Below are positions 39,584 through 51,673 of a DNA stretch of 64,000 nt, one piece after another (within the stretch, counting starts at the first letter, position 1; each line of letters begins with the position of its first letter). Both the position numbers and the translations under genes were made by a program. The stretch is from Marsupella aquatica (lineage: Eukaryota > Plantae > Marchantiophyta), in the NCBI GenBank assembly GCA_973895155.1, contig OZ316897.1, positions 832,515 to 896,514 of the forward strand. Reading direction: 5' to 3'. The notes beneath the pieces were generated by a model that made no database searches, was not told where the DNA came from, and saw nothing but the letters and a program-made list of their open reading frames with translations.

Positions 39584-40414
39584 ATCTAGTTAGTGACTGG
39601 CCGGAATGAGGACAAGCTGCAGAGAGTGAAGTAAAAACTAAAACTTATCGCTCGACTTATCGATCGATTGCTGATCACAGAAAGTCCTGGTAAAGGAAGG
39701 AAAGAGTTGCGATTGAGTAGCCAACTAGTAGCGATGTGGACTGAAGCGGATGGGTGTGCTGGACATTGCACTTCGCGCCCTACTTATAGTTTTTGATCCT
39801 GCGACTCCATACCTATCCATTGTGCATGCAGACTTAGTCGTCGTCAATTGTGAGCACTACTGTAGTGAATACGTTGTGGTATATGTAAGACGGGAAATGA
39901 TTCTTTACTGCTCTGTCAATCATCAACGGTCAAAAGTATGTATAGGGTGGTTTCGTGAAGTAAATTAAAGAACGACCTGATAGCTAGGAATTGAAATATT
40001 GGAACCTAATTTCCTTGCAGTCGTCTCTTCTATCAGAAGAGTCAATTGGTTCACTGGCTCGGATGAGGGGCACTCGGGAAACCATCTTGCTTACAGTAGA
40101 GTCACTGCTTAGATTAAGTTAAAGTTTCAATAGTACGTGCATTGAGTCAATTTAGCTTGTGGTTCGGGAGAAACTGGGATGCAAACCCTACTAACTTGCC
40201 CGACTAGACGTGGCACAGTTGACCATATATGCATTTCATTGAAATATATCAACGAATCTGCAACCAATTGACGCAAAACGCTGAATCATGATAAAATCCT
40301 CAACATTGACGTTCATGCAATCAGGAATTGCCCACACGAGCTAGAAGCCCTTTTAGTTGGCAGCTTAGTTTAATTTCAATGAGCTTGGAAATAGCTCTGC
40401 TGTGGCAAACTCTT

Positions 40415-41121
40415 TGTTGAACTAAGACGTCATTCGTAATGACCATACAACCATGACTCATTCCATGCACACATAGTCGACACAATCTCTACGTGGTTCA
40501 CCTCTTCTCCAAAGCTACGTCCACACGAACACTCAAGCTTTACTTCAAGAGTAGACGAACACTCATGCTCTCTCTCTTTCTCAAGTTGCTCCGTTACAAT
40601 GAGTAAGCATCACACCACCAGCGGCTTACACTAGCCCTGGTATATACAAGGTCACACACGACTAACCTAACCTCAGCTAAGACCCTAACTATGGTTAGCC
40701 TAAGTGCCGTAACCTTTGAGTCACAAGACTAAGAGCAATCTTTAACAAACTCCCCCTTGACTTTAGTCTTGAGGACTGCAATTTCTGCTATCCATATGAG
40801 ATACTCAGCGGGAAATTCTAGACAATCACCTAAAACCATAGGTGTCCCCCTAAAAACCATTTAAGGTTAACTAAGGGTTAACTAGAATTAAGCCGTAGCC
40901 ATAACAGAATTGAGTAACCCATATACAGAAATTACATATTGTTAAGTTACTCTACTTGTGTTGCAAATGCAAAACTTGCAAAGTAGCACGGTGTCTTGAG
41001 TAACTCTCCAAAGGAATCACTTTGGTAAAAACATCAGCTGGGTTGAGCTTTCCATCAATCTTGACTAGCTCAAACATTTTATCAGACACTGCTTGCCTAA
41101 TAAAATGGTACCTGATGTCAA
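40415..41121 (-). mobile_element. 3' end of a Ty1/copia (RNase H C-terminus, PPT, 333-bp LTR 40415-40747), cut by a CACTA insertion
   Basis: DIRYHFIRQ..NPADVFTK. PPT 40748-40758. The LTR U5 resembles the LTR of the intact copia. Confidence 0.88.
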
Positions 41122-42416
41122 CCACTACAACACTACCGACCCCTTTTGCGAACCCCGTCCCATCGCAATTAACAAAGGACCAAATTATGAAATTCCAGCG
41201 TTTGCGAAACGCTACACATCGCAACCCTTTCGCATTCTTTGAAACCCACAGCTTCGCAATCGGACTTTCGCAACCCCTTCGCAACACCTTCGCACACTGC
41301 GAAACTTATTTTATCGCACATAAATCACATTTATGCGATCTCGACAGACTCTTTATCGGTTTGTGACGCGCCCTGGGCCCTCACTCTTACTATATTAAGT
41401 GAACCCCCCTGAGAACAGACACCCCCCGTGTACCCCTTCTTAATATTTTTGTTCACAAAAAAAAATCCCTTGTTAATGTAAAAACATTATTTTTTCCTAT
41501 AAAAAATTATCCTTTTGTAAATTATAACAGAGTTTTTCAAGGAATTAAAAAAACCCTTGAATTTTTAAAAATTGTAAATATCATACTGAAACATAAAAGA
41601 TTCTATTTTGCATAGGGGAATATTATGTTACGCTGATATTCACAGTACATATTTTATATAGATCATAACAAAATTAGTACTAAAGATTTATAGTTCTTCC
41701 TAGAGTATATGACTATAACTGAGGCAACTTGTAGACCTCATAGAGATAAACTGAACTAGTACAAAGGTATTATTATGCTATGCTATATCCTTGGAGGAAT
41801 AATTGCATATATATATATATTACTTATGTAAACTCCAATTGCTAAATTATTCTATCTTGACTAAGAATGGTATGACATCAACCATTAACACCAAATGATA
41901 AGTAGAGTTTTTGACAACTTCTTTCATGCAACCTGACACATCAAACCACACATTAATTAATCATATATATTCTAGACACAAAGTACTAATAATACAAAAA
42001 ATGACTACTGAAAATTGTGGAGAGTAATACCATCAAATCTCCTTTGGCTGAAATTGTTACTTAGACATGGTGGGTAATTTCCTGCCATCTCTACAATCAA
42101 ACAACTGTGAGCACCGGGTACCCCCCCCAACCCAATGATCAAGGGAGTACACCACCCCACACACAAACACACCTGGCCTCATACCTGGCCATTTGATTTG
42201 AGGGAATTCAAAAGTAATCTTGTTTGTCTATGTGGGATTGATTCATGGGTCCCCCATCAATTCCATAACCCCAAACGAGTTGGGCCCCAAAATCCTGGCC
42301 CAACATTTACTTAACTCCCAACTTAACACATGCGGGTAAACAAGTCTACCATGCAAGCCCATGAAACCAAACTTGCCTTAAGAGGATAAATAATTAAATG
42401 TCTAATTTACTATATG

Positions 42417-42837
42417 TGTTAGGTATTTACTCTTATGTCTAGGTTAGGTATGACGTGGTTGGTACAACAACGTGGGTTGGTACAACTATGTGGTTAGGTA
42501 CAACTACGTGATTAGGTACAACTATGTGGTTAGGTACAACTACGTGATTAGGTATAACTATGTGGTTAGGTACAACTAAGTTGCACACTATATCATAAGA
42601 GACATGTGTGCTTGGAGAGGTAGAACCAAGGCTCATTGTTATGGAGCCACTTGAGAGATAGGGAGAGCGTACACTGTAGAGACTCGGTATAGCCGACGGG
42701 CTTAGAGTTCAGTAAAGCTCTCTTGTGTGTTCCCGTGGACGTAGCCTCAAGGAGGTGAACCACGTATCTCTTGTGTCGACTATTGTGCGTTGGATGGTTC
42801 ATGGGCTTGCCGTTGCGATCGTCGTCTATGCTCAACA
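42417..42837 (+). repeat. 5' LTR (421 bp) with an internal 18-bp tandem array
   Basis: Matches 48378-48798 with 6 transitions by my count. ggtacaacta(c/t)gtg(g/a)tta x~7. Confidence 0.97.
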
Positions 42838-42839
42838 AT

Positions 42840-42851
42840 TGGTATCAGAGC
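42840..42851 (+). other. Primer-binding site (tRNA-iMet)
   Basis: TGGTATCAGAGC immediately after the 5' LTR. Confidence 0.95.
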
Positions 42852-43990
42852 ATGCTTGGGAGGTGACGTGTGTTCGTGACGGGATTTCATGACGGTTTTT
42901 CCAGCGTTGAGTGTTGGTGGATTTTCCAGAGTTCCATCGCATGGAACTTGGAGTTTATGGGCTCAACGGATAGATCAGGGCAAGAGCTTTCTAACGGTGT
43001 GAAGAAATCGTTGAACGGAGCTCGTGGTGCAGAGAGATCTAAGTTTTTGTCCTTCTGGATTTTGTGAAGAAAGTTGGCAATCGACTCTGAGGGAGAAGCG
43101 TCAAGTGTTTTGACTCAACGGAGAGATTGAGGCAAGACGATTGTTTTTGAGTCCGGGATTGGCTCTTTGATGCAAAGAGGAAGGCTAAGCAAAATCAATT
43201 ACCTTGTTGGACTTGGTGACGGCACCAAGTGCAATTGATCAACATTCGTTGTTGACAAGGTACCATTTTTTTCTCTTTGAAAAACTGATTCGAAATTGGC
43301 TATGGCAATTGAGAGAAATCTGTCATCTTTACCAATTTTTTTCTCCCTCGTTCTTTCCTCGTTTTGGGTCTTCTTATATCGATCTTCATCGCCTCGGAGT
43401 CTAGTTTCCAAATCTGAAATCGGATCTTGATTTTGTCAAAACCCGAGTGAGATATCTTGCGTTTGGTGTCGAGGGGTACATTCTGCCGTGTGTATTTTCT
43501 GTGCGCGCGACCAGATTTCGACGACGAAAGGTGGTAGGGGGTTTTGGGGGTTCGAGGACACATGTCAGCCCCTCGATTGTTCTTCCAAAATTCCCACAGG
43601 GCCTGTACAAGGGTCATAAAATATTCCAAAAAACCAGAGAGCTATTTTTTGACCATCCGACAAAGATTTCATCCGCCGAACGGTAACTTTTTTGGTTATT
43701 TTTCGGCGAGGTCATAGCCATTGAAGTTGGCAATGCAGCGCACCAATCACATCGCAATTCCGACAACGGGTTGTACTTGGTATTTCGGTTATTCCCTGAG
43801 GTGGTCAAAACGGGGGAGTTTCCCAAGGTTTTACCCACCTCGACCAAAATTTGAATAACTTTTCTGTCAAATTTCGATTTTGATTTCGGTTTTCAGTATT
43901 GGACTCCTAGCTTTGTGGGCTACGCGGCGGTGTTGAGTTTCGAGTTTTTTGAGAAGTTGTGAAAAACAACATTTTTTGTGACTTTCTCAT

Positions 43991-45025
43991 ATGAGTGATT
44001 CGGAGGAGTTTTTTGAAGACGTGGAACTTGAAGCACGAGGATCACCGCGGAGGTTTCAGGGGCAGAGAGAGGAGCAGGAGGAAGAGCACGTGACACCGAT
44101 ACCATCACCGGTGCGGCGTGTGGTGGAGGAAGCAGTACTACTACCGGAGCTCACGGTAAAGAAGAAGATGGGGACTTTCAAGCTTGGGGGACCCAAGTAT
44201 GAAGTGACAAAGTATGATGGGCGCTCTGACTACTTGCTATGGGAGAAGCAGGTGAAGGGAGTGCTTTATGCGTCAGGGATGGGCCAACTGCTGAGCCCTC
44301 GTGAAGACGATGTTGATGAGAAACAATGGGACCGCATGCAGGAGCAGGGAGTGTGGTGTGTTACACTCTATCTCATGCCTCCCATCATCAAGCAGTTGGG
44401 TGCACATAAGGATTGCATGTCCTTGTTTGCGGAATTGCAGAGCAAGTATCACCGCAAGGAGTTGTCAAACCGGCTCTACACTTCCTACAAACTGATGAGT
44501 TTCAGGATGAAGGAATCTGGTACGAAGTTGCAAGACCATGTGGATGCTTTCAACGACATGGTCGTTGACTTGGAAAACCTTGGGGAGACTTTGAATGATG
44601 AGACGAAGGCTCTACAGCTTCTTAGTTCATTGCCTCCATCTTACCAGTCCCTATCACGAGTGTTGTTGCATCGTGATAAGGATACCATTTCATACAATGA
44701 CGTGGTAAGTTCTCTGCTTAGTGATGATCTTCAGCAGAAGATGCACATCACATCACAGCCTTCATCATCTGGTGCTGCCCTCAATGTTAACCGTGGGAGG
44801 AGTATGCAGCGACCAACTGGGGACCGTAGAACCCAGTTTAGATCTAAATCCAGATCTAAATCCAAGGGTAAATCCCCTCAGAGGAGGCAGGTGACATGTT
44901 GGAAGTGCAACCAAGTTGGACACTTCAAGCGAGACTGTAAGGGAAAGGCAGCGGAAACTTCATCGGCAAATGTGGCTAGGGCTGATGGAGAAGCTGATTT
45001 ACTCAATGATGAGTATGTTTTATGA
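43991..45025 (+). CDS. gag: Copia Gag
   Basis: KYDG..Y.LW, LL.SLP.SY and a CWKCNQVGHFKRDC zinc knuckle. Confidence 0.93.
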   Translation: MSDSEEFFEDVELEARGSPRRFQGQREEQEEEHVTPIPSPVRRVVEEAVLLPELTVKKKMGTFKLGGPKYEVTKYDGRSDYLLWEKQVKGVLYASGMGQLLSPREDDVDEKQWDRMQEQGVWCVTLYLMPPIIKQLGAHKDCMSLFAELQSKYHRKELSNRLYTSYKLMSFRMKESGTKLQDHVDAFNDMVVDLENLGETLNDETKALQLLSSLPPSYQSLSRVLLHRDKDTISYNDVVSSLLSDDLQQKMHITSQPSSSGAALNVNRGRSMQRPTGDRRTQFRSKSRSKSKGKSPQRRQVTCWKCNQVGHFKRDCKGKAAETSSANVARADGEADLLNDEYVL

Positions 45026-48000
45026 AGCCGGGGGTATGCCCTGTGCACGTCATCTAGGAGAGCAGATGATGTGTGGATTCTTGATTGTGCTTGCTCTTTT
45101 CATATTTGTTACATTCGTGAGTTTTTCAGTTCTTACTCTGTTTCAAACGGTTCAGTTCTGATGGGAAATGATCACTCCTGTCAAATTGAGGGAATTGGGT
45201 CTGTGAAGATTCAAATGTTTGATGGCGCTGTGCGCACAGTGTCCGGAGTCAGGTATGTACCTGGCATGCGTAAGAATCTGATTTCACTCGGTGTGTTGGA
45301 TTCAAATGGTCATCAATGGAGCGTTATTGATGGTGAACTTCAAGTCAGGTCGGGAGAGACAGTGATTTTGAAGGGGAGTAGACAAAAGAATTTGTATGTG
45401 TTACAGGGCAATACTGTATGTGAAGAGGCCAATGTAACCAAGTCTCACGAGGAGATGACTCAACTGTGGCATTCATGGCTAGGCCACATGAGTGAGAAGG
45501 GTTTGGCTATCTTACGGAAGAATGGACTCATTTCTGATTTGCAATCTTGTAAATTAGAGTTTTGTGAGCATTGCATTCTTGGAAAGCAGCATCGTCGTGC
45601 TTTTGGTGTTGGAACTCATCGTTCCAAAGCGGTTCTTGAGTACATACATAGTGACGTGTGGGGTCCATCCCTGACTCCCTCACACTCTGGAAAGTTGTAC
45701 TATGTATCATTTATTGATGATTACTCAAGATTTGTGTGGATTTATTTCATGACGCATAAGTCTGATGTCTTGTCCATTTTTAAGAAGTGGAAGGCCCAGG
45801 TGGAGAATCAGACTAGAAACACGATCAAGTGTTTAGATACAAGGGTGAAGAGTCTGAGGTCAGACAACGGCGGGGAGTACACTTCAATGGAATTTGAAGA
45901 GTACTGTTCAGAACAGGGGATAACTCGCCATCTCACCACAGTTTATACTCCGCAGCAGAATGGTGTCGCTGAGAGGCTCAATCGGACACTGTTGGAGCGG
46001 TCACGAAGTATGTTGAGCCAATCAGGTTTACCACAAGAATTTTGGGCAGAAGCTGTCAATACCGCAGCTTATTTGGTAAATCTTTCTCCTTCTAGTGCTA
46101 TCAATTTCAAAACGCCGTTTGAGATGCGCTATAAGCGGCAAGCAGACTATCATGGCTTGGTAGTTTTTGGAAGTGATGCATATGCTCTCACACCGAAGCA
46201 GAATAGGACCAAGTTGGATCCTACCTTCAGGAAATGTGTTTTTCTTGGGTACCAGAGTGGTGTGAAAGCCTATAGGCTATGGGATCCTATTGCCTGTAAG
46301 CTCGTTGTCAGTAGGGATGTTTCCTTCAATGAATCCAGATTATTGAAGGAGGGGGAGAATACTCAGGTCTCCCGTACTGACAAAGGAAAATCTCCTATCC
46401 CGGATCTCATTGAGGGGGAGATTGGTTATGAGGTGCATGACCGGAGAGAAGGAGTTGCTCCAATTATGGAGCTGGTTCCTGTGCCAGAGGAACCAGAGGA
46501 GTTTGTTGATGCTGGTGAGCAGCAAGTGGATGCTGTTGAGCTTCAAATTGTACCAGCACACGCAGATCAACCGGAGTCATCGGCTAGAAGAACATCTGGT
46601 CGCACTGTACGCGCTCCACCAAGGTATGGACAGTGGGTTGATTCATCTCAACTGCAAGAGGATGATTTTACAGCTGATGATGAGGGTGATGCGTTAATTT
46701 TGGAAGAAGGGGAACCTTCTTCATTTCATGAGGCAAGTGCTTCAAAGGAGAAGCAGAAGTGGACTGCAGCAATGCAAATGGAGATGCAATCACTAAAGGA
46801 CAACAAAACTTGGGAGCTTGTTAAGCTGCCTAAGGGTCAGCAAGTGATGGACAGCAAGTGGAATTACAAGTTAAAGGATAATTCCATAGGAGGTGGATCG
46901 AAGGTCTACAAGGCTAGATTGGTAGCAAAGGGATTCACACAAGAGAAAGGTGTGGATTACAATGAGGTCTTCTCACCAATTGCTAAGTACTCTACAATAC
47001 GACTATTGTGTGTACTTGTTGTAATATTTGGTCTGCTGCTAGATCAGATGGATGTTGTCACAGCTTTCCTCTATGGCACATTGGAAGAGGTGATCTTCAT
47101 GAGACAACCGCTAGGTTTTGTGAAGAGAGGACAGGAGGAATTGGTTTGCAGATTGCTGAAATCCTTGTATGGGTTGAAGCAGTCACGAAGACAGTGGAAC
47201 AAGCGGTTTGACGATTGGATTCGGTCACAAGGTTTTCACAGAAGTGTATTTGACCCTTGTGTGTATTTGAAACCGGTAAAGAATGTTGTCTTTGGGTTCA
47301 TTGTTTTAGTACTTTATGTGGATGATATGCTAATTGCAGCCAAGGATAGGTCTGAGATTGTTAAGCTCAAGGCACTGCTTAGTGCAGAGTTTAAGATGAA
47401 AGACTTAGGGCCAGCTAAGAGGATTTTGGGTATGGAGATCACTAGGGACTTGGAGGTTGGCAAGCTATGGTTGACGCAGAGCAGTTATGCGAGGAAGGTA
47501 ATTGCAAGGTTCAACATGGGGAATAGCAAGCCAGTAAGTACCCCGTTGGCTCCACACTTCAAGTTATCATCAGCGTTCTGTCCTACGGATGACACAGAGA
47601 AGGGGTTGATGTCAAAGGTTTCGTATGACAAGGCAGTGGGGAGTCTCATGTATTTGATGACTTGCACTAGACCTGATCTTGCCATGGCTATGGGCAAGGT
47701 GAGCAGGTACATGTCGAATCCAGGGAAGGTACACTGGGAAGCAGTGAAGTGGATTATCAGGAGATCAACAACAGGATACGTGTTCACACTTGGCGGTGGA
47801 TGCATAAGTTGGAGGTCTACTTTGCAGAAGTGTATTGCTCAGTCTACTACAGAAGCGGAGTATGTTGCAGCTGCGGAAGCAGCAAAGGAAGCGATTTGGT
47901 TGGATAGACTTATCACTGAAATGGGATTGCCACAGGGGAATGTGAAGCTCCATTGTGATAGTCAAAGTGCGCTCCACCTTGCTGTGAACCAGGTGATGGA

Positions 48001-48187
48001 CAGCAGAGTGAAGCACATTGACGTTAGGTACCATTTTATCAGGCAAGCTGTGTCTGATAATTTGTTTGAGCTAGTCAAGATTGATGGTAAACTCAACCCG
48101 GCTGACGCATTTACCAAAGTGATTCCTTTGGAGAGTTTCTCTAGACACCGTGACGTATTGCAGGTTTTGCAATTGCATCACAAGTAG
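45026..48187 (+). CDS. pol: Copia Pol (PR-IN-RT-RNase H), in frame with gag after a TGA; internal in-frame deletion at the RT/RNase H junction
   Basis: WILDCACSFH; WH..LGH..C..C; HSDVWG, SDNGGEY, NGVAER; YVDDML; CDSQSA. WIIR is joined directly to RSTTGY. Confidence 0.93.
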   Translation, partial: SRGYALCTSSRRADDVWILDCACSFHICYIREFFSSYSVSNGSVLMGNDHSCQIEGIGSVKIQMFDGAVRTVSGVRYVPGMRKNLISLGVLDSNGHQWSVIDGELQVRSGETVILKGSRQKNLYVLQGNTVCEEANVTKSHEEMTQLWHSWLGHMSEKGLAILRKNGLISDLQSCKLEFCEHCILGKQHRRAFGVGTHRSKAVLEYIHSDVWGPSLTPSHSGKLYYVSFIDDYSRFVWIYFMTHKSDVLSIFKKWKAQVENQTRNTIKCLDTRVKSLRSDNGGEYTSMEFEEYCSEQGITRHLTTVYTPQQNGVAERLNRTLLERSRSMLSQSGLPQEFWAEAVNTAAYLVNLSPSSAINFKTPFEMRYKRQADYHGLVVFGSDAYALTPKQNRTKLDPTFRKCVFLGYQSGVKAYRLWDPIACKLVVSRDVSFNESRLLKEGENTQVSRTDKGKSPIPDLIEGEIGYEVHDRREGVAPIMELVPVPEEPEEFVDAGEQQVDAVELQIVPAHADQPESSARRTSGRTVRAPPRYGQWVDSSQLQEDDFTADDEGDALILEEGEPSSFHEASASKEKQKWTAAMQMEMQSLKDNKTWELVKLPKGQQVMDSKWNYKLKDNSIGGGSKVYKARLVAKGFTQEKGVDYNEVFSPIAKYSTIRLLCVLVVIFGLLLDQMDVVTAFLYGTLEEVIFMRQPLGFVKRGQEELVCRLLKSLYGLKQSRRQWNKRFDDWIRSQGFHRSVFDPCVYLKPVKNVVFGFIVLVLYVDDMLIAAKDRSEIVKLKALLSAEFKMKDLGPAKRILGMEITRDLEVGKLWLTQSSYARKVIARFNMGNSKPVSTPLAPHFKLSSAFCPTDDTEKGLMSKVSYDKAVGSLMYLMTCTRPDLAMAMGKVSRYMSNPGKVHWEAVKWIIRRSTTGYVFTLGGGCISWRSTLQKCIAQSTTEAEYVAAAEAAKEAIWLDRLITEMGLPQGNVKLHCDSQSALHLAVNQVMDSRVKHIDVRYHFIRQAVSDNLFELVKIDGKLNPADAFTKVIPLESFSRHRDVLQVLQLHHK

Positions 48188-48377
48188 AGTTTTCTTAACA
48201 TTCATTGTAATTACTGATATATGCTCTTCCTCATTCCTATGTATTAGGCTACGGCTTAGTTCTGGTTTGCTCTAGTTAGAGAGGGAAACCGGTTTGGTTT
48301 TTGTCCAGAACTTCCCGCTGAGGGATCATATACATTGGCAGTATTACTCTCCCCTAGACCAGAGTCAAGGGGAAGAT

Positions 48378-48798
48378 TGTTGGGTATTTACTCTTACGTC
48401 TAGGTTAGGTATGACGTGGTTGGTACAACAACGTGGGTTGGTACAACTATGTGGTTAGGTACAACTACGTGATTAGGTACAACTACGTGGTTAGGTACAA
48501 CTACGTGATTAGGTATAACTATGTGGTTAGGTACAACTAAGTTGCACACTATATCATAAGAGGCATGTGTGCTTGGAGAGGTAGAACCAAGGCTCATTGT
48601 TATGGAGCCACTTGAGAGATAGGGAGAGTGTACACTGTAGAGACTCGATATAGCCGACGGGCTTAGAGTTCAGTAAAGCTCTCTTGTGTGTTCCCGTGGA
48701 CGTAGCCTCAAGGAGGTGAACCACGTATCTCTTGTGTCGACTATTGTGCGTTGGATGGTTCATGGGCTTGCCGTTGCGATCGTCGTCTATGCTCAACA
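48378..48798 (+). repeat. 3' LTR (421 bp), preceded by PPT aaggggaaga
   Basis: Copy of 42417-42837. Confidence 0.97.
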
Positions 48799-51027
48799 AT
48801 ATGGACATGTGTGCCAACCATATAGTGACATGTGTCCTTGGCATTTTAGGTACCCTTGCATAAGATTAATGTGACATGTATTTGATAAGAGCCTTATTAC
48901 TAATATTGTGATGAATGTATATACATGGATGTTGCCTACTTTAAAAAATATTATAAAAATTAGTTTACATTACATTAAAAATACCCTTGCGTTGTTCGCA
49001 CGTCCTCCCTGCATTAGTAACACTGAGGGCCCAGGGGTGACGCGCTCTGAACCATAACTTATTTGCGAAGCTGTTGTCTTGACAATTCCGTTGCCATTCA
49101 TATGGTATCGCATAACTGCGTTAGTCAGGGTGTCACACAATTGCGGAACCAAAAGTATTGCAATGTTCCAATACTCAATGTATGGCAAGTTTGCGATAGT
49201 ATGGCATTCGCATGTGTTTCGCAAGGATAGTTTGAGGGCTGGGTTTTGTATATTTGGGTTCATAATTGGGTTGGGGTCTTATTGCTCCACATGAAGATAC
49301 CAAAGCAAAACTTTATATATGCCAAAAATCCCTGAATGTACAAAAATTAGGGTTTTCTAAAACCCTATGGGGTATCAAATACCAAGACACTGTCCTTTGA
49401 CTAATCCATATGCCATATGGAGTGAACTACATCTGCATCCTCTAGAATGGAGCCCGCCTACTCCTCTTTGCTGGCCTCTTCCCCTTGTCCTTCTTGCTTT
49501 GGGCGGGACGAGCTGGACGGGAGGGGGGTGGTGGTGGTGGTGGCGGTGGTGGTGGTGCCTGCTGCTCCTCCCCATCTGGCTCATCCTCATCATCGTCATC
49601 ATCGTCATCATCATCCTCCTGGTCTCCTGGTGTGCTAGGTGTGGCAGCACTCCCTGCCCCTCTGGACCCACTCGTGGTGGCCCCGGTAGTGTCCCCATCA
49701 TCAGCGCCGCTATCCTCCTCACTGCTATCCTCACTCCCCTCCTGCTCCTCCTTATCCTGCTTCCATGTCACAAGGTTAATTCGGGTTTAGGGTTAATAGG
49801 AAAAATGTATAAACCTTATAAATGGAATGGGTGCGGGTTTAGAAAGGGTACTACAAATCACTCACACTAGCCAACTCTGCATCAACCAACTCAAAGAGAT
49901 GTCTGGCCCCATGCTCTGCCCCTATCTCCATCTCCTTTGTTGTTATCTTGCGGCGGTACCTCTTATACTACCACAAAAAAATGAAACACCAAAACATAAG
50001 GGGCCCGGGTTAGTAACTAAGGGTACTTAAGCAAAAAAGGAATCCTAAAAAGGGTAAAAAGGGTACCCTAACCAGAAAAAAACCCCATTACCCTAACAAA
50101 TATTTGTCACTCGACACTAAACGTTTTTCAAAATGAAACAAGCTTTGCGAAACTCCCACCTTCGCAAATTCAAATATATTTAAGTTTGCGAAATAGACTG
50201 CGAATCGGATTGCTTCGCAATGGCTTCGCAAACCTTACGGGAAAAAGGTTATAATAGAGTTTGCAAAACAATTGCGAGGCAACCCGCTTCGCAATTGTTT
50301 TGCAAACTGTGCTTTTAAAAAAATCCGAGAAATGGCTAAGGCACGCAATGTGTCAGGGTGACCTAAAACGAAAGGGGAGGCCATAAGGGGTAAAGCAGAG
50401 GTCTGCGAGGGGCATTGCAGGCAAGCAAACAACAATTGAAGGCGAAGGAAAAGAAGCAGGGGAGGAGGGGAGAGGACTCACGAAGGTTGCTTTCAGGCCG
50501 GGAAGTCCACCTTGCCCCATCTTGTGTGTGGTCTTGGGGCATTTGCTGACTCGGTCTGCTGCAAGGATGAACTTCTGGGGTGGTGTCCCCACTTCATCCA
50601 CGATGTGCTGCAGCTGAGAGACCTTCTCAGCCAATGCCTTGAGGTCTTTGTCTGACTTCCCGGCCTGAAGTGCCTTGGCCTCCTTCTCCTTCCAGAATTG
50701 GAGGTCCTTGGCTGCTTTCAGCTGCACCTCGACCTTATAGAACGCGTTCCACACATTCTCTAACACAATTTTGGACCGACCGAGAAGTGTGTCGGAGTTC
50801 TCGTTTAGCCCGATCCCATTTTTTTTCTAAGGCAATGCAATGACCGATAAAACTGGCAAAAACTCTCCGAAACGCCACTTTCCTCCATTGCATCGCCGCG
50901 GGAATGCAGGGAGCGATACGTGCATCGGGTTTTACATTCCGTTAGTGAAAAAGTCCAAACTGCGAGTAACTTGGTCCAAACCGCGTAATCCAGGAACGAC
51001 CACGCACTAACCCAGATAAAAGGGAAA

Positions 51028-51080
51028 CTTAACCATGGTTAAGGGGAAATTAACCATGGTTAGAGCATCTCCTATATAAA
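51028..51080 (+). promoter_or_regulatory. Duplicated TTAACCATGGTTA palindromes followed by a TATA box
   Basis: cttaaccatggttaag at 51028-51043, ttaaccatggttag at 51050-51063 and tatataaa at 51073-51080, upstream of the plus-strand cargo ORFs. Confidence 0.45.
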
Positions 51081-51673
51081 GAGGAGCGGGCTGCCCATAA
51101 AACGTTTGCTATCGCCAGAGCAAATATCTCCTGACTGAGAGCGAATACCAAACTCCCATCAAGTCTTACATTCCTCCCAAGCGATTCGACTCTTTCTACC
51201 GAAAACCCGATAAATTTATCGGAACAGCCATTCCTGTTCAAGTTCTCCATGTAAGACTAACTAGTCATTTAGTGTAAAATGTCCAGATCCGAGCGGACTG
51301 CGATAAATTTATCGCATTTTGCATTCCTCTGTTGCAATCATTTGATCCAGTGTTTAGAGAGGTGTTGCCTTCATTCCGATAAATTTATCGGAGTCTCCAT
51401 TCCTTTCATGGAAAGAGGAGTAATTGAGAATCCGATAAATTTATCGGAGTTGTCATTTTTGTGAAAGATTGAATTCAGGGCTTAGGTGTCTGAGGAAGTC
51501 ATATTTTCAATTTGAATGCGGAGTGCGATAAACTTATCGCATCCTCCTGTGAGAATCATTTTCCTTTGTTTTGTTTGGAGACTCATCTTCATCTCTGATG
51601 TCGCAGTGTTGTTGGGTTTAGGAGGCACAACGAAAGGTCGATTGCACTCCGTGGACAACAGGTATTGTGACAA

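Larger units (their letters stand above)
42417..48798 (+). mobile_element. Full-length Ty1/copia LTR retrotransposon, 5-bp TSD ATATG
   Basis: Two 421-bp TG...CA LTRs, PBS, PPT and gag-PR-IN-RT-RH order. atatg at 42412-42416 and 48799-48803. Confidence 0.97.
41371..49036. mobile_element. Non-autonomous TIR element (~1.28 kb without the nested copia), 8-bp TSD GTGACGCG
   Basis: TIRs ccctgggccctcactcttac and gtaacactgagggcccaggg (18/20 match). gtgacgcg at 41363-41370 and 49037-49044. Confidence 0.92.
41123..50770. mobile_element. CACTA element (left terminus and internal part), carrying nested insertions
   Basis: CACTACAA at 41123, exactly where the copia coding sequence stops. TTCGCAA/TTGCGAA subterminal repeats at 41145-41320, resuming at 49060-49225 and 50140-50310. 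Minus-strand coding fragments at 49442-49771 and 50353-50766. Confidence 0.7.

Noticed and set aside
42439-42838. ORFs with VVPNH repeats (also 48400-48874)
   Set aside because: They are antisense translations of the 18-bp array and the rest of the LTR.
49367-49870. Hydrophobic or Gly/Ser-rich plus-strand ORFs resembling membrane proteins
   Set aside because: Antisense of a low-complexity acidic/Pro-rich minus-strand exon.
51207-51540. CRISPR-like look: five palindromic repeats with unique spacers
   Set aside because: Repeats are only 16 bp, the period is irregular (93, 76, 56, 93), the same motif is dispersed through introns, there are no cas genes, and the context is eukaryotic.
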